A stretch of 63,313 bases of DNA, filler included, from Phoronis australis (taxonomy: Eukaryota; Animalia; Phoronida): assembly GCA_002633005.1 (NCBI GenBank). It is 3 parts of 3 records of this genome, joined end to end, with 100 filler letters (N's around TTAATTAATTAA, not from the genome) between each part and the next. Parts side by side here need not be neighbours in the genome. Positions count along the whole stretch, not along the records: positions 1 to 30,890 come from NMRA01000413.1; 2 more parts are not named here. One strand, 5' to 3'. This document shows, one piece after another, positions 1-11,739 of this stretch. The number at the start of each line of letters is the position of its first letter. Positions within the stretch are counted from its first letter, which is position 1. The position numbers and the translations under genes are program-made. Below the pieces are notes generated by a model, which made no database searches, had not been told where the DNA came from, and saw only the letters and a program-made list of their open reading frames with translations.

Positions 1-3000
1 ACTGACTGCCGCGAAGTCGACATCGGCGAGTGCCTCAGTTAACAGGCATCGGTAGAATAATCATGGAATAATCGTTAAAATAATCACAAACCTTACCTTT
101 GTATGAGGTCGTGCTTACTTCCTCTCATAGAAGCACCCTTTTAACGCAATCTCAGATTCAGTTGGCACGGCTGCAAGCCATTTCAGCATGTATTTAAAGG
201 GCTCGCGAAATCGAGGCTGTTAATCTATCACCACTAGTACACGCACGCCCTCTAGTTATTGTATATTTTCCGAATAGCCCCATTGTAAAGCCAAACTGTC
301 ACTATTCTTTTAAACTGCACTTAGCAGAAACCATGCACGACAAATCACAAGAAAAATACAGTTATCTAGAAAATGTTCGCTCTTGACCTTTCAATAAGGA
401 CAATATCGTCCCAAAAACAAAATAAGCTCAATGTGTCCTGAGCGTGGCACTGACTTTGAAACCCCTTAACACCTGGTAGAGTTTCATTTTGTCCATTTTT
501 ATAGGCTAAGGAAAAGGCTAATGGACGGCACCATAACATGCCTACAACATAACGTGGCAACAAATGGAAAAGTCTGCCCGTTTCCTTACCGGAGACAGAA
601 AGACTTGTAAACTTTCATGAAAAACAAGTTGATCGATAAAAGGGCTCTCGTGAGTTTTAGCTCAGGTATTTTGTTCAATGGGCCCAACCTTATGGTCTGC
701 ACACGTTTCAGATGCATCACAAAAAATCAGATCACCTGCTCTCGTTTTTTTAATCCTTTAAATTGCACTTAGCACAAATACAATAAAGCACACAAACACA
801 AACATCTAGAAAATTTCGCTTTTGACCTCTAAATGACCTTGACCTTGGCTTTTCAGCAAGGTCAAAGTTTTCCCAAAAATAAGGCAGAGCCCACTATTAA
901 CGGTTTAAGTCATCCTGAGCTGTAGTTTAAGTTACGCAAATGGGTTTTACAGTGTGATTTAAGGAGAAGCTCTTTTCACCTTTTTGTTATGGAAACTAGA
1001 CTAATTATGCAAAACCCTGGCGTAGGAATATTGAGAAATTCAATATGTGCAACATTCAATATGAAATACCTTTCTCACAACACATCTTTCGGTTTTCACG
1101 TCCCTGCTGCGATTTAAAAACATCCACGTATCCTCTCCAGGCAGCGTTCACTTGTGTGAGTGGACTTGGCTTTGTGGAGATGCGTGTCAGAAAAATGTTT
1201 CTTTTTAATATACCATAAATGTCGTTGGTCACGTGTAGTTATCAGCGGATCATCGTGACCGTGAGTCCGTGGTAACCTACTTGTATCGTCTCTACTGCAA
1301 CTGCAGTGACAACTCATTGCATGAGTTAACATCAAGGGATGCATTAGTTATACCGACTCACAAGATATCGATTGGTTCTCGCTCACCACACTGAACTCCG
1401 CTCACGCAGTTTCGATCGAGATAGATTGCCAGAAAGTTGGCATGAGATCAAAATCAGTCACTAGAGTGTAGATTTCAGTAGCAGACGTAGACGGGGGCGA
1501 AATTGGCCGTGCCTCCCCAAAAAAATTTCAGCTGTGTGTTCATTAATTAGACACCATAATCAAATATACACATTTCTTTGTCTTGGTGTAGTTCATGACC
1601 TGTGGTTGACAAACACCGGCTCTCTCAAAATACATGTTCGACGGCACACAACAGTGCCTAACAATAAACCTACTTTTGAGATATAAATGTAAATGTGCTG
1701 CTGTCTTCATCGTAATATACTTTTCGTTCCAAACAAAAATTCACTAAACGCTTAAAACGAATATTTCCGAATTTCGTGACGTCTGTGAGTTAGTTGTATG
1801 GCAGTTTTTGTTTCAACTTCCACCTGATGACTTCCACTCAAATTTGAATCAAGCTGAAGAAAAAAAAATCTGATGATTTATCTTTCACGAATTGCAATGA
1901 CTCATATGCCGTGGGTTTCTTAACTACTCGAAGTGCCTAGTGAATGCTGTACGAAATTGTTCCGCAAACTCGCATTGCCCTGATACAAGACCACACAACC
2001 CGTGCCACAATACAGGTATATAGTGCCACCATGTTCTGAAGCTGCTGGGAACCTACCTTCTGGCGAACTAACTTTCGACTAAAGTCGGGATAAAATGAGC
2101 CAACTGTCATTTAGACACCTTGACAGTGAAGTACGCTTCACAGCAGGCAAAAAAAATGCCGGAGGGGTGATAAACCCAATGTCACGGATTTGAACCATAC
2201 TATGCATTTAAGTTACCTTTGGGATGATAAACAAAACAGTAAAGTCCAAGCTCGTTTCACCTTGTTTAAAGGGGAGAATTTGGAGGGCCTCTATTTTGGG
2301 GATAAACCAAGCAATGCCCTCACCGAAAATGGCTTATTTGCAATGCTTAATAAAAAAGTACTGGTGCACAAGATAATAATTTATTTATATTTTTTTTTAA
2401 TAAAGCAAGTCTTTGGCTTCATCAACAGGTAAAAAAATCTCGTTAACTCTACCGCTAAGTTCAAAATTTCAGGCTTAAATTTGGAGTGGTCAGAGGTTAA
2501 AAAGGATTGCAATTTCCACACATTTTGAGGCCGTATATCTCAGCTGGTGCAACACTGATCAACACCAGACTTTTACACAAGATGCATCTATCTTAGTGAC
2601 GTTGACTTATACAATAAAATCGTGTGGCGGTGAGTATTTCCAATAGGAATCGCCAGCCTGTAACAACTACCTAAGTGGAAATTACCTCCAATACTGATAC
2701 CTGTTTGGAACGCTATTACACCAGTAAAGTATATGGTTTTGATTCAGTTCGTTTTATTAATATTTAGTTTAGTTTCATGAAGTATGACGCATTTATTTAA
2801 GTTTCCATTTTCACTAAAATTCCACGTTTTCGTGGACTCATCGGGCAACTTTAATCAGCTCTCAACTATACACTAAATAAAGAGAAAGGTATACAACTGC
2901 TATCCAATATGGCCGCCTGCCGGGCACTTCCGGGATAATTGCAAGCATAACAAATCTGGGACTAATTTAACTCAAACATTTTATCTACGACAGCAACACG

Positions 3001-3659
3001 TTCACTAATTACATTTGTTGACATCGAAACCACTAAATACTATAAATATCTCCAGATTTTCCTAGTTCGATCGGCGACATTCACGGCAAAGCGTAGATCG
3101 CGAAACGTGCCATTTGGCATCAACTAATGCGCATGCTCGAAAGGCTTCTCGCAATAGCAACATCTTCAGATTCACGAACTGACTGACCATGCATATATTA
3201 GAAAAATGTAACAACAGATGTCAACCAGCAGTGATGCTTGTTTTTGAACAGCATAGAGACAAAGCTTTTTATAGTGCCCACTGGGGAAATTCAGTAGGCC
3301 TGCATCAATGTAAACAACTGATGAATAGTCTTGAGTTGCTAAGTCAAACAATTTACTTGTAGTGTGGCCGTAATTGGAATCTACGGTTAGTCTAGGTTAG
3401 CCTAGAGGCATTCAGTATACTTAGTCTGCTGTCAGTTGCTAGTTTATTACGAGATTATGTGCAAAACTCATCTAGTAGCCAAAAGGTGCAAGCGGAAAAT
3501 AAAATACCTCATTGGCTTTCACTTTTGAATGATCTTTATTGTCGCTATGCGTCTTGTTTTTAGTTCATTACAGGAAGTATTTTTCATTTATACCACAATA
3601 TTAGCCTCGAATAGCAGATACAACTGTGTAAGAACCCATAAAGTTATCTCACTGGTGAG

Positions 3660-4020
3660 ATAACATTTTGGGGGGAAACCGAGGCCAGATTCGAACCCGG
3701 GCCTCGAGTTTCGAGTCACCGACTTTACCACTACACCACTCCGCGGCTGTCATCATCGAACGTGCAAATAGAATACTTAAATGAGCACGCGCAACAATCG
3801 CATGTTCAGCAAAGGGCATTGCACTGACATTTATACGCTATGAAAAATAAGACGCATAATTTCCAAAAAAACGATATTTTAATTCAGTGAAATTTTTCTC
3901 TCGTGTTCTCTCACTTGTAAATCACCGATCTCCAATTTGAATGCGGGTATCGTGTCGTCGGGATCCTTTGACTTGAGCATTAAGGTCAGTTACTAGTGGT
4001 AACCTACTTTAGCAGACGAT
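3660..4020 (-). mobile_element. Interspersed repeat containing a tRNA-like (Pol III A/B box) module, copy A
   Basis: Minus strand has A-box-like TGGTGTAGTGG (3738-3728) and B-box GGTTCGAATC (3697-3688). Positions ~3770-4020 align as an inverted copy of ~6101-6275 plus ~6825-6895. Confidence 0.6.
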
Positions 4021-4066
4021 ATTTTCCCGGTCGAAGCTTAGCGTGATAAAATGTGTAGTAAGCTAT

Positions 4067-4366
4067 GTTGAAAGGTTAACATTGGGAGTGTCATACTCCA
4101 GCCAATTCATTGGCATTTATATCAGTTAACACATTTAGATATCTCGTGTTTTCCATGCTACTTTTTACATATTATCTGGTTGATAAGTGTTAATCCATAT
4201 TCTAGTCACATTAAATATCATTTTTGACTTTAAAGTGGTCCAACTAATTGTACGTATATGGGATGACCAGGTAAGCGGGTCACCTGTATTTTGAAAGGTT
4301 AACATTGGAAGAGTCATATTAGAACCAGTTCATTAGCATTTCGATCAGCTACCACATTTAGATATC
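4067..4366 (+). repeat. Diverged direct duplication (~75 bp units, ~220 bp apart)
   Basis: TTGAAAGGTTAACATTGG...CACATTTAGATATC is present at ~4068-4144 and again at ~4291-4366. Confidence 0.7.
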
Positions 4367-6278
4367 AAAGGTTTGTTGTGATTTTTCCACAGAAAAGTTG
4401 ATAGTCTTGTTATTAAACAAAGACTTAACAATTAGAACCCAGTGTGTATGAAGCTATATTTTGAAATCAAAACTGTTTCAAAGTTTATATACTGTATATT
4501 GTGAGTCTACTAAGAAGTCGTGGAAAAACATGGGTGACAATACAATACTTGTCTTGTACTGATGGACTATATACTGAAAGCAACCTTGATCATCTTCACT
4601 TCATTCATATGACCTCTGTAGTGGGAGAAAATCTGTTAATGCTTCCAACAGGAGGCTTTCATATACTCATAAACTTCTCAAATCTAGTCAAACACACTCA
4701 GTCGACTGTATTCCTCTGTGCCTACCGCAGCACAGACAAAGTATCTCCTGGTAGCCGGTTCCACGTGGTCAGACCCCATTGCTTCTTGAAAGTTTCCCAT
4801 TTCTCACTTGTGTCAGTCACTACACATTGTATACAGACAGAAAAGTGATAACACTAGCCATACCACTCCAAAAGGTGAAGTTATTGGGGCACTAACGGCT
4901 ATAAAACGTCCACGGAACTCTGGCCACCAGAAGTTTTGCCTTTCCCTATGATTGCCAACGAATTTCTTACCCTGACACTGTCCTTTGCTTCCTACGCCCT
5001 GTGTCAAAACCTCTTGAAGATTCCACAAAAATAACGTTTGTTCAGACCCACTCCAGAGCTTACTCATAGTAAGTAACTTCTTCGTTAATCGACAACCACA
5101 GGAAAAACCATTAATGAAAGATATTGTTCACACAACACCGTAAGATCTATAAAGTCACAAGAGGGTAAGGAGCAACCACAATTTTTGAAGGAAAATGATA
5201 TGATAATGGCTTATCGGCGTTGTTTGTTTTTTTTTTGGTCGTGCCAATTAGAATAACTGAGCTTTGCAAAACCAGTGAGACATTTAATTTCGACAAAAAC
5301 ACAACTCTTTGCGTTGTAAGTACATGTATCCCAATTTCATGACTACGAGTACCTTTCAAAAAAACCTCAGGGCTAAGAAATTACGATGTTTTGATAAATG
5401 CTGAAATTGATTCGCAGTTTGCATGCCAACCAGTAGCAAATATTCATTTTTGTTGACGTTTGTCGGCACTACTCATTGTTGTAAAACGGCGTAAACACCA
5501 CTCAAATGACTTCAAATGACATGAAACCTGTAAACGCCAGACGATTTTTTGTCTTATTTTGTAGATCTAAGTTAGCTCAACAGATTGGTTGGTACCAAAA
5601 TGTTCTAAGACTGGCGCCAACTGAGATATCGGGAGACGAATTTAGCCAATTTTGACCGTTTCAAAAATCACTAAAAGCACTCATCTTACGCGACTCTAAA
5701 AACAAACAAAAAATTATCGAAAACTGTCAAATTTGCATGAATAAAGTAGTCAAGGGTCACACCTGATCAGGAACACTCAGCTGCCGCCAGGCTCAAAACT
5801 GGCCAGAAACAAATGGTTTCCATGGAAACCAAAAGGGGCGTTTTGAAAAATTTAAAGGTGGTCTGGAGTCAGTGGGGCCTAAATCATCACACAGAAAAAT
5901 ATAAAGAGAATCTGTAACATACCGTTTATGTAGATGATTACATGGCAAAGTCGTTATCTCTAGAGCTCCAGTGGATCCGCCGAGTCATTCTTGTTAAAAT
6001 GTTTTTACTCAAAACTATTTGAAATTTTAAACAAAATAGAAATATAGTGAATCCACAAAATAAGATTAAAGCAAATAGGTTAGCTTACTACACACCTTGC
6101 TATCGTCTGCTAAAGTAGGTTACCACTGGTTACTGAGTATAATGTCCAAGTCAAAGATTAACGCCGACATCTTACCCAGCATATAAATTGGAGATCGATG
6201 ATTCACACGTGAGAGAAAATGACAGATAAATTTTATTTTAGTAACTATGTCGTTTTCATGTTATTTTTCACAGCATAA

Positions 6279-6449
6279 TATTTTTTTTTACATTTATTGC
6301 CCAGACAACATCACGTAGCCAGTCTGAGGTTGGGTGCCTCAGTTCTGGCTTTAACAAAAGTATATAACAGCGACTAATAGATATATAAGGCAACAAAATG
6401 TACCTGGAAAAGGGAAAGGGGAGCGGGGGAAGGAATTTCACGCGCCATT

Positions 6450-6481
<32 letters not shown>

Positions 6482-6823
6482 CACACGACGTGTTGAAATT
6501 ATGTCTGGAGAAATTAGGTTCTATATAAATACGTACAAACATAAATACATATAAAAATAATAATAACACTACAACTTTGATGATTTCTGGAATACTAATT
6601 AAAAGCATGCGTGCAGACCTCTCCATTTATCCATATTTGTGTCCGAGGTATCTGTTAAAATTGTGTTTATAAAAGCTTGTAATTTCAACTTGAAATCCTT
6701 AAAAAGGAGAGGCTTTTTTACCTTTGATGTCTGGTAAATGAAGTAAAGTGCAAGTGTATTAATGGTACAACTTAATTTGTGGTTTGTATTAGGGTTTTGA
6801 ATAGAATCTAATATGTCCCACAT
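6279..6823 (-). mobile_element. 5'-truncated L1/Tx1-like LINE 3' end
   Basis: Minus ORF 6823-6599 (INTLALYFIYQ...PLLFKDFKLKL...KW) resembles L1/Tx1 ORF2 C-termini. It is followed by a 3' UTR with (GT)n, then AATAAA and an A-run at ~6298-6280. Confidence 0.5.
6449..6487. repeat. (CA)n microsatellite
   Basis: Seen directly. Confidence 0.95.
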
Positions 6824-8177
6824 AAATGTTGGTTCAAAGAAGTTTGTTGAACTTGCGATAATTGCGCGTCCTCATTTGGTATTCAATTTTCACGTAAGAT
6901 GACCTCAGCTGTTGAATAGGTCAGTGGTTAGGCGACGACTGTCGTTATAAGAAACTTGAATGAAGCGTGTTCAAATCCAGCTTCGGGTTTCCGCCAAAAT
7001 GTTAATAAAAACGTGTTGATTGACAAAATGGGTTAATCATGGGTTGTAATGGCCATGTCAGGCTGTTTATGTAGTATGAGTACATGTAATTTTCTGCAAC
7101 GTATCGTTGTTTTGTTTTATTCGCAACACATTTTATGCCCCTGTATTATGTGCCCCCCACCTATTATAAAGTTGGTCTCAAATAGTTTCTTGCTCAAACT
7201 GCTGTAGGAGTGACAGTATGGCTCAGCTCGGGACCAGGCACAGAAACACCACAGGCGTCCTCAGCTTCTGATCGTCCCCAATACACTACATATATAATAC
7301 TACAAGGTATGACACTCGGGACTAGAAATTTCACGGGTGCTTCGATTCAGCCGTCCATATCAAACACATAACACAATTAATTTACACAAAATAGGAGTTC
7401 AACAAACCATGAGCAATTGTTCTTTCTTATAATACCATTCACTGTGTCCAGCTTCAGAGAGTTCGCAAGAAATTTGCAATCAAAGCACAAAAATGTTCCC
7501 AAAAACCCCAAACACTCCTCGCACTTTGACGGTTCGAGATCAAGGACAGTACGGAAATTACCGATGAGCTACGGATGGACGGCTAAGCGTAGATCGTGAG
7601 TTTACGCGACAAACTGTTGTGATTAATAGACAGAGGTCGTGTAACTCCGGAATTTAGTTTACAAAACAGCCACAGGCTTCGCATACCGGTAGTCAGCCAT
7701 TACTATAATGTCAGAAACGAAAACAGAACAGCTGTTCACCATGTTAGTGAGCTATTCAAACTCGTATTCCTGGATTATATAAGGTCTGTGTTTTATTAAA
7801 AATGTGATGTGACATGAATTTGTTGTTTGTTATTATTCTAATTGAGGTTTTAATTATTTCAAATGGGTCTTTGCCAGTGTTGCATGTAGTTGTACTGATT
7901 TGTTTACTTTCTGTAGAGGCTTAGCCCTATTAGAGCACAATGACTAATAACTGTGTCCCCTGGAATCTATCTACACATGTTATAAACAGGATGCTACAGT
8001 GTTCACATAAACATCCCAGAGCCAAATAACCATTCCTTAATATGGCAACACTGTGAGGAATTTCTTATGATTTCCCTCAGTTCTTAACATTGCTTTCGTG
8101 AGTCACTTCGTTCAGTTGCACAACAACATAATTTCTGACATCCTGGTGATACCTACATCAAGCAGTCCATTGAAAAA

Positions 8178-8583
8178 ATGGCATCTACAACATTGGAATT
8201 TAAGGGCATTTCATCATGGAAAGACTATATTCCTGAGTGGCCAAATGTTATGTATGGTGACATTTACAATTATTTGGTAGAATCAAAAGCAGTTGATGGA
8301 CAGTCGATGAAAAACTTTAAAAGCCTAGAATCATTCAATTACTCCCAGAGTGGATGCGCTGATAAGATTTTACACCGTAATTTGGACAAGGACACCGTGG
8401 TTATCAAGTGAAATGTCAGACCATCTCAGAACATCAATAATGAGTGGAACTCAGTCTGCATAAAAGCATTGAATAGTGGTGAAATATTGTCTGGCACTTG
8501 CAAATCTATGGCCGGATTAGGAAAGACATGCAGTCACATTGGTGCTGACTTGTGGAAAATTGAACACTCTGTTAGAATGGGGT
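8178..8583 (+). pseudogene. SWIM zinc-finger remnant (N-terminal part of ISL2EU ORF2-like protein)
   Basis: ORFs 8178-8411 and 8469-8660 are in the same frame, separated by one TGA at 8409-8411. Sequence WPNVMYGDIYNYL...VRPSQ...GTCKSMAGLGKTCSHIGA is a degenerate CxCxAG..CSH SWIM motif. Confidence 0.7.
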
Positions 8584-9045
8584 TTCCGAATTGTCCGCAG
8601 TATCAGGCAGTGTCTCACTGGTCTCAGATGCAACATGTTCGACCGTGTGGGTGTTTTTAGATACGTGTGCATCATCATCTTCACCAGTAGTAGCTGATTT
8701 TGTGAGCTTCAAAACTTTCCTGCGACCAGGTTTTACCTTTCTGGCATATCCCATGTTTAGCTGAAGCACTGGATTTCTTTCTGTTGGCTCACCATCCACA
8801 AAATGAATGGAACAAACAAAGACATTTTTTGGTAATCTGTCTCTGTTAATGGACTTTTGCCACAGTAGTCTCAATTCACTGTTGTGTTTACCTGATGGCA
8901 TTCTGTGTAACTTGTAAGGTTTTAAACATGGACAGTCTTTGTGCATTTGACCATGGTGTTCATCACAAATTTCTGTCTCCCAACGTTTCAATTTCACCCA
9001 GTTGTTGTGACAGCCTGTTACAGCACAGTTACTACCACTGGGCAT
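8572..9045 (-). CDS. THAP-domain ORF (157 aa from ATG 9045), truncated transposase N-terminus
   Basis: MPSGSNCAVTGC...HRMP...LWQKSINR...VCSIHF...NPVLQL carries the THAP C2CH signature with conserved P, W, F and an AVPTL-like box, followed by a basic stretch (GRRK). No internal stops. Confidence 0.7.
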   Translation of the reverse strand: MPSGSNCAVTGCHNNWVKLKRWETEICDEHHGQMHKDCPCLKPYKLHRMPSGKHNSELRLLWQKSINRDRLPKNVFVCSIHFVDGEPTERNPVLQLNMGYARKVKPGRRKVLKLTKSATTGEDDDAHVSKNTHTVEHVASETSETLPDTADNSETPF

Positions 9046-9880
9046 TTTAAACAATTTTTAGTGGAGGTGAAAGTTGAACAGCTCTATTTGTATACTTGTA
9101 AACACTTCTGAAAAGATTCAAACAAAAATTTCAAACCTCCTTGAAATATGGTATATTATCAGTTAGACGGTAATGTTTTATTTTTCTATATATCAGTCCA
9201 ACAATTTTAACTTTATTATTGACATTTATGTAATTGTATACATCTAGTAATTTACAAATATTTCTTCTGTCAAATGTATTGCATGAAAAAAATCAACATT
9301 TACCAGGAATATCAATGATTTCAAATCTGCTGATCTGCTTCCAAATAAACAACACAAGCAGACACAGCAGCTGGGATGGTTTGCTTTACAGACAGACTAC
9401 TCACTCCAGTGTTTATCTGACATGGCATTAATGGCGTGACCTCAATATGGCGCTCCCCAGGCATTCGGGAATTTCCGTAATGGAATCTGTCTATATCCAA
9501 TGGTCGCTGCATGTATCGGTGGATGACGAAAGCTAAAAACTCGGTTTCCTCACACATAGTAGTTCATATCGTTATCCTGGTGTACATAACCGCATATCGT
9601 TATGTTGTCTACTGTATAAAATACAGGCATGAACGCAGGGCTTGTATTCTAAAAACTGTTGGAAAAACAATATCACCATACACAGAGGCCGGACTATTCG
9701 AGGCATTCATCCAGGGTGGGTGGGTAAAGAATCACAGGTGTAGTTGATCGGTTTTGTCGATTACTTTTACCGAGAAATCGCTGGGTCATCTGAAACCGTA
9801 CCTCAGGAGCCTCGCTTGATAATGCCATATTACAAAGAAAAATGACAAAAAGAAAAATGAAAGCGCTCCGAGGAGCGATG

Positions 9881-10218
9881 ACTTGGCGAAATTAACCAAA
9901 AAAACACGTTTGAGATGACCAGAAAAGACGACGACAGAGATGGTGACGAAGATGACAGCTATGACGACGATGGTGGCGATGATGGACAATGCAAGTTATG
10001 ATATCATTCATATGACGAACGTAGATGTCAGAAATCACTAAGAGATAGGCTACAGTCTTGAGCCACACTTGGCGAAATTAACTAAAGGAAAGACGACGTC
10101 AGAGATGATGACGAATATGACAAATATGATGATGGTGGTGAAGATGATGAACAACATCGTAACATTCATATGACGAACTTAGATGTCATAAATCAATAAG
10201 AAATAGGCTACAGTCTTG
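9881..10218 (+). repeat. Tandem duplication (~186 bp period) with GAY-rich core
   Basis: ACTTGGCGAAATTAAC...CATTCATATGACGAAC.TAGATGTCA...ATAGGCTACAGTCTTG at 9881-10060 and 10067-10218. Confidence 0.85.
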
Positions 10219-11739
10219 TTCAATAGTAAATCAATGTATCAATGCAGCAAGAGCGCTCAACAAAGGAACAGCGTTTCAGAAAATCTCAAATAACTCGAAA
10301 AGTAGACGCCTTAGCAAAAAATGGAAAACATCTTCTGAAAGCCTGTTCAAAACTCTATCTAAATTGGTAGTATCACTTAATTCCGTAATTTCTTTCGAAA
10401 AAAATGAAATTTAAAGTCATATATCTCGAAAACAAATCAATTAGCTATACCTGGTATAGCTCATTGAACAAATCGATGAACAGGTGTACTTCAGAGTGCC
10501 AAACAGTAACATTCATCAGGGAAAATGTTTGCTGGTTTTATAAGTGAAATCTTCTTGTTATGTGTATCACCAGGAGTCAGGACAGTGATGTTGTTGTGCA
10601 AATGAAGTCAGTGAAAGACCTCGAGGCCAGAGAGTAAACAAATCAAAATAATATGATCAACGCTGTAGTAGCTACATTTGAAATAATGAAAACTTGGGAT
10701 AGAATAATAAATAAAGAAAGAGAGCGAACAAACAAAAAAAAAAAAACTTGCTGTCAGAGCAACATACTAGGCGGAAGAATTCCGCCAAGTAACAATTTTA
10801 TGCCACATATCATATTTACTAAAACATATAATCCAGTAGTGCAACTTTGAAATGCTCACTGAACAGCTGTTCTGTTTTTGTTTCTGACATTAGTTTAATG
10901 GCTGACATCCGGTATGAAGTTACACCAATTAACGTTCACCCGTTGTATGTAGAAAAGCCCTGTAACAAGGCCGAATGTAGGTTACCCGACACAAAAGAGC
11001 AACTGCACTCAACAAGAGAAAACAAGCGTTATAAATGCTTTAGACCTTAGTGTTTCATATTTTATGTTTACTGTTCCTCGCATTTAAAATAGACTAGGGA
11101 CGTTCTGTTGGCGAGAGTAACTGAGCTTAATATCGACGAGAGCAAAGACATTTTTTGAAACAGAGGGCAATCCGCAGGTAAGATGGCAGCTAGCCACTCA
11201 GTATTCTAAAGAAACGAAAGAAATGAAGAAAATAAAAGAAACAGCAAGGAGTTTTTAATCTTTAATTTCCAGTAGCGTGGGGCATAGCAAAGGCAGTAAA
11301 CTGACTTGTACATCAAAGATCACCAGGTGGTAAATTTAGTTCTGTTTCTGGTGTGAGATCTTAATTAGGTGAACAACGATTAGTGCTTTATGGGCATACT
11401 CACAAAGTACTTGCAGTTTTTCACTTCTTTGAGTAGTCGTATAACTGGTCCGATGTGGACTAGCTGCGTCCACGAAGCTTTTTAAGTCGCCAAGTTAATG
11501 GATGCTTTGTAACACTCGGTGGATACGTGTAAATCAATCTCCGGTGCTCGAGCCTGTAACAAAGCAGGTCACTCTGTGCTCGAGTTACGTCACTCAGCTG
11601 CTATGAACTTTTCAGCGGGTTCAATCAAAGATCAAAATATACTTGGATCAACTGACCCGGATAAATTTGATAGTTACGCGCAGTGCTGCAGTGGGGCGAA
11701 GGCGTAGCCAACCACATTTAGCATTTGAACACAGCACCG

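Larger units (their letters stand above)
6101..7005 (+). mobile_element. Interspersed repeat with tRNA-like module, copy B (inverted relative to copy A, interrupted by a LINE tail)
   Basis: ATCGTCTGCTAAAGTAGGTTACCACT is the reverse complement of ~3995-4020. Degenerate B box GTTCAAATCC and the tail GGTTTCC..CCAAAATGTT match copy A. Confidence 0.55.
7628..9492. mobile_element. Internally deleted ISL2EU-type (PIF/Harbinger-related) DNA transposon
   Basis: Ends read AT|AGACAGA...TCTGTCT|AT (short TIR, AT target duplication). Inside are a SWIM-domain ORF (+) and a THAP-domain ORF (-) in convergent orientation, the ISL2EU two-gene layout. No DDE or YqaJ domain remains. Confidence 0.65.

Noticed and set aside
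310-880. Diverged direct repeat (~310-425 vs ~757-880) with TGACCTTGACC motifs
   Set aside because: Likely an old repeat-element remnant; boundaries and class could not be supported.
3683-3747. Functional tRNA gene
   Set aside because: A and B boxes are present but no proper acceptor stem forms, and it sits within a repeated element; the same applies to 54042-54115.
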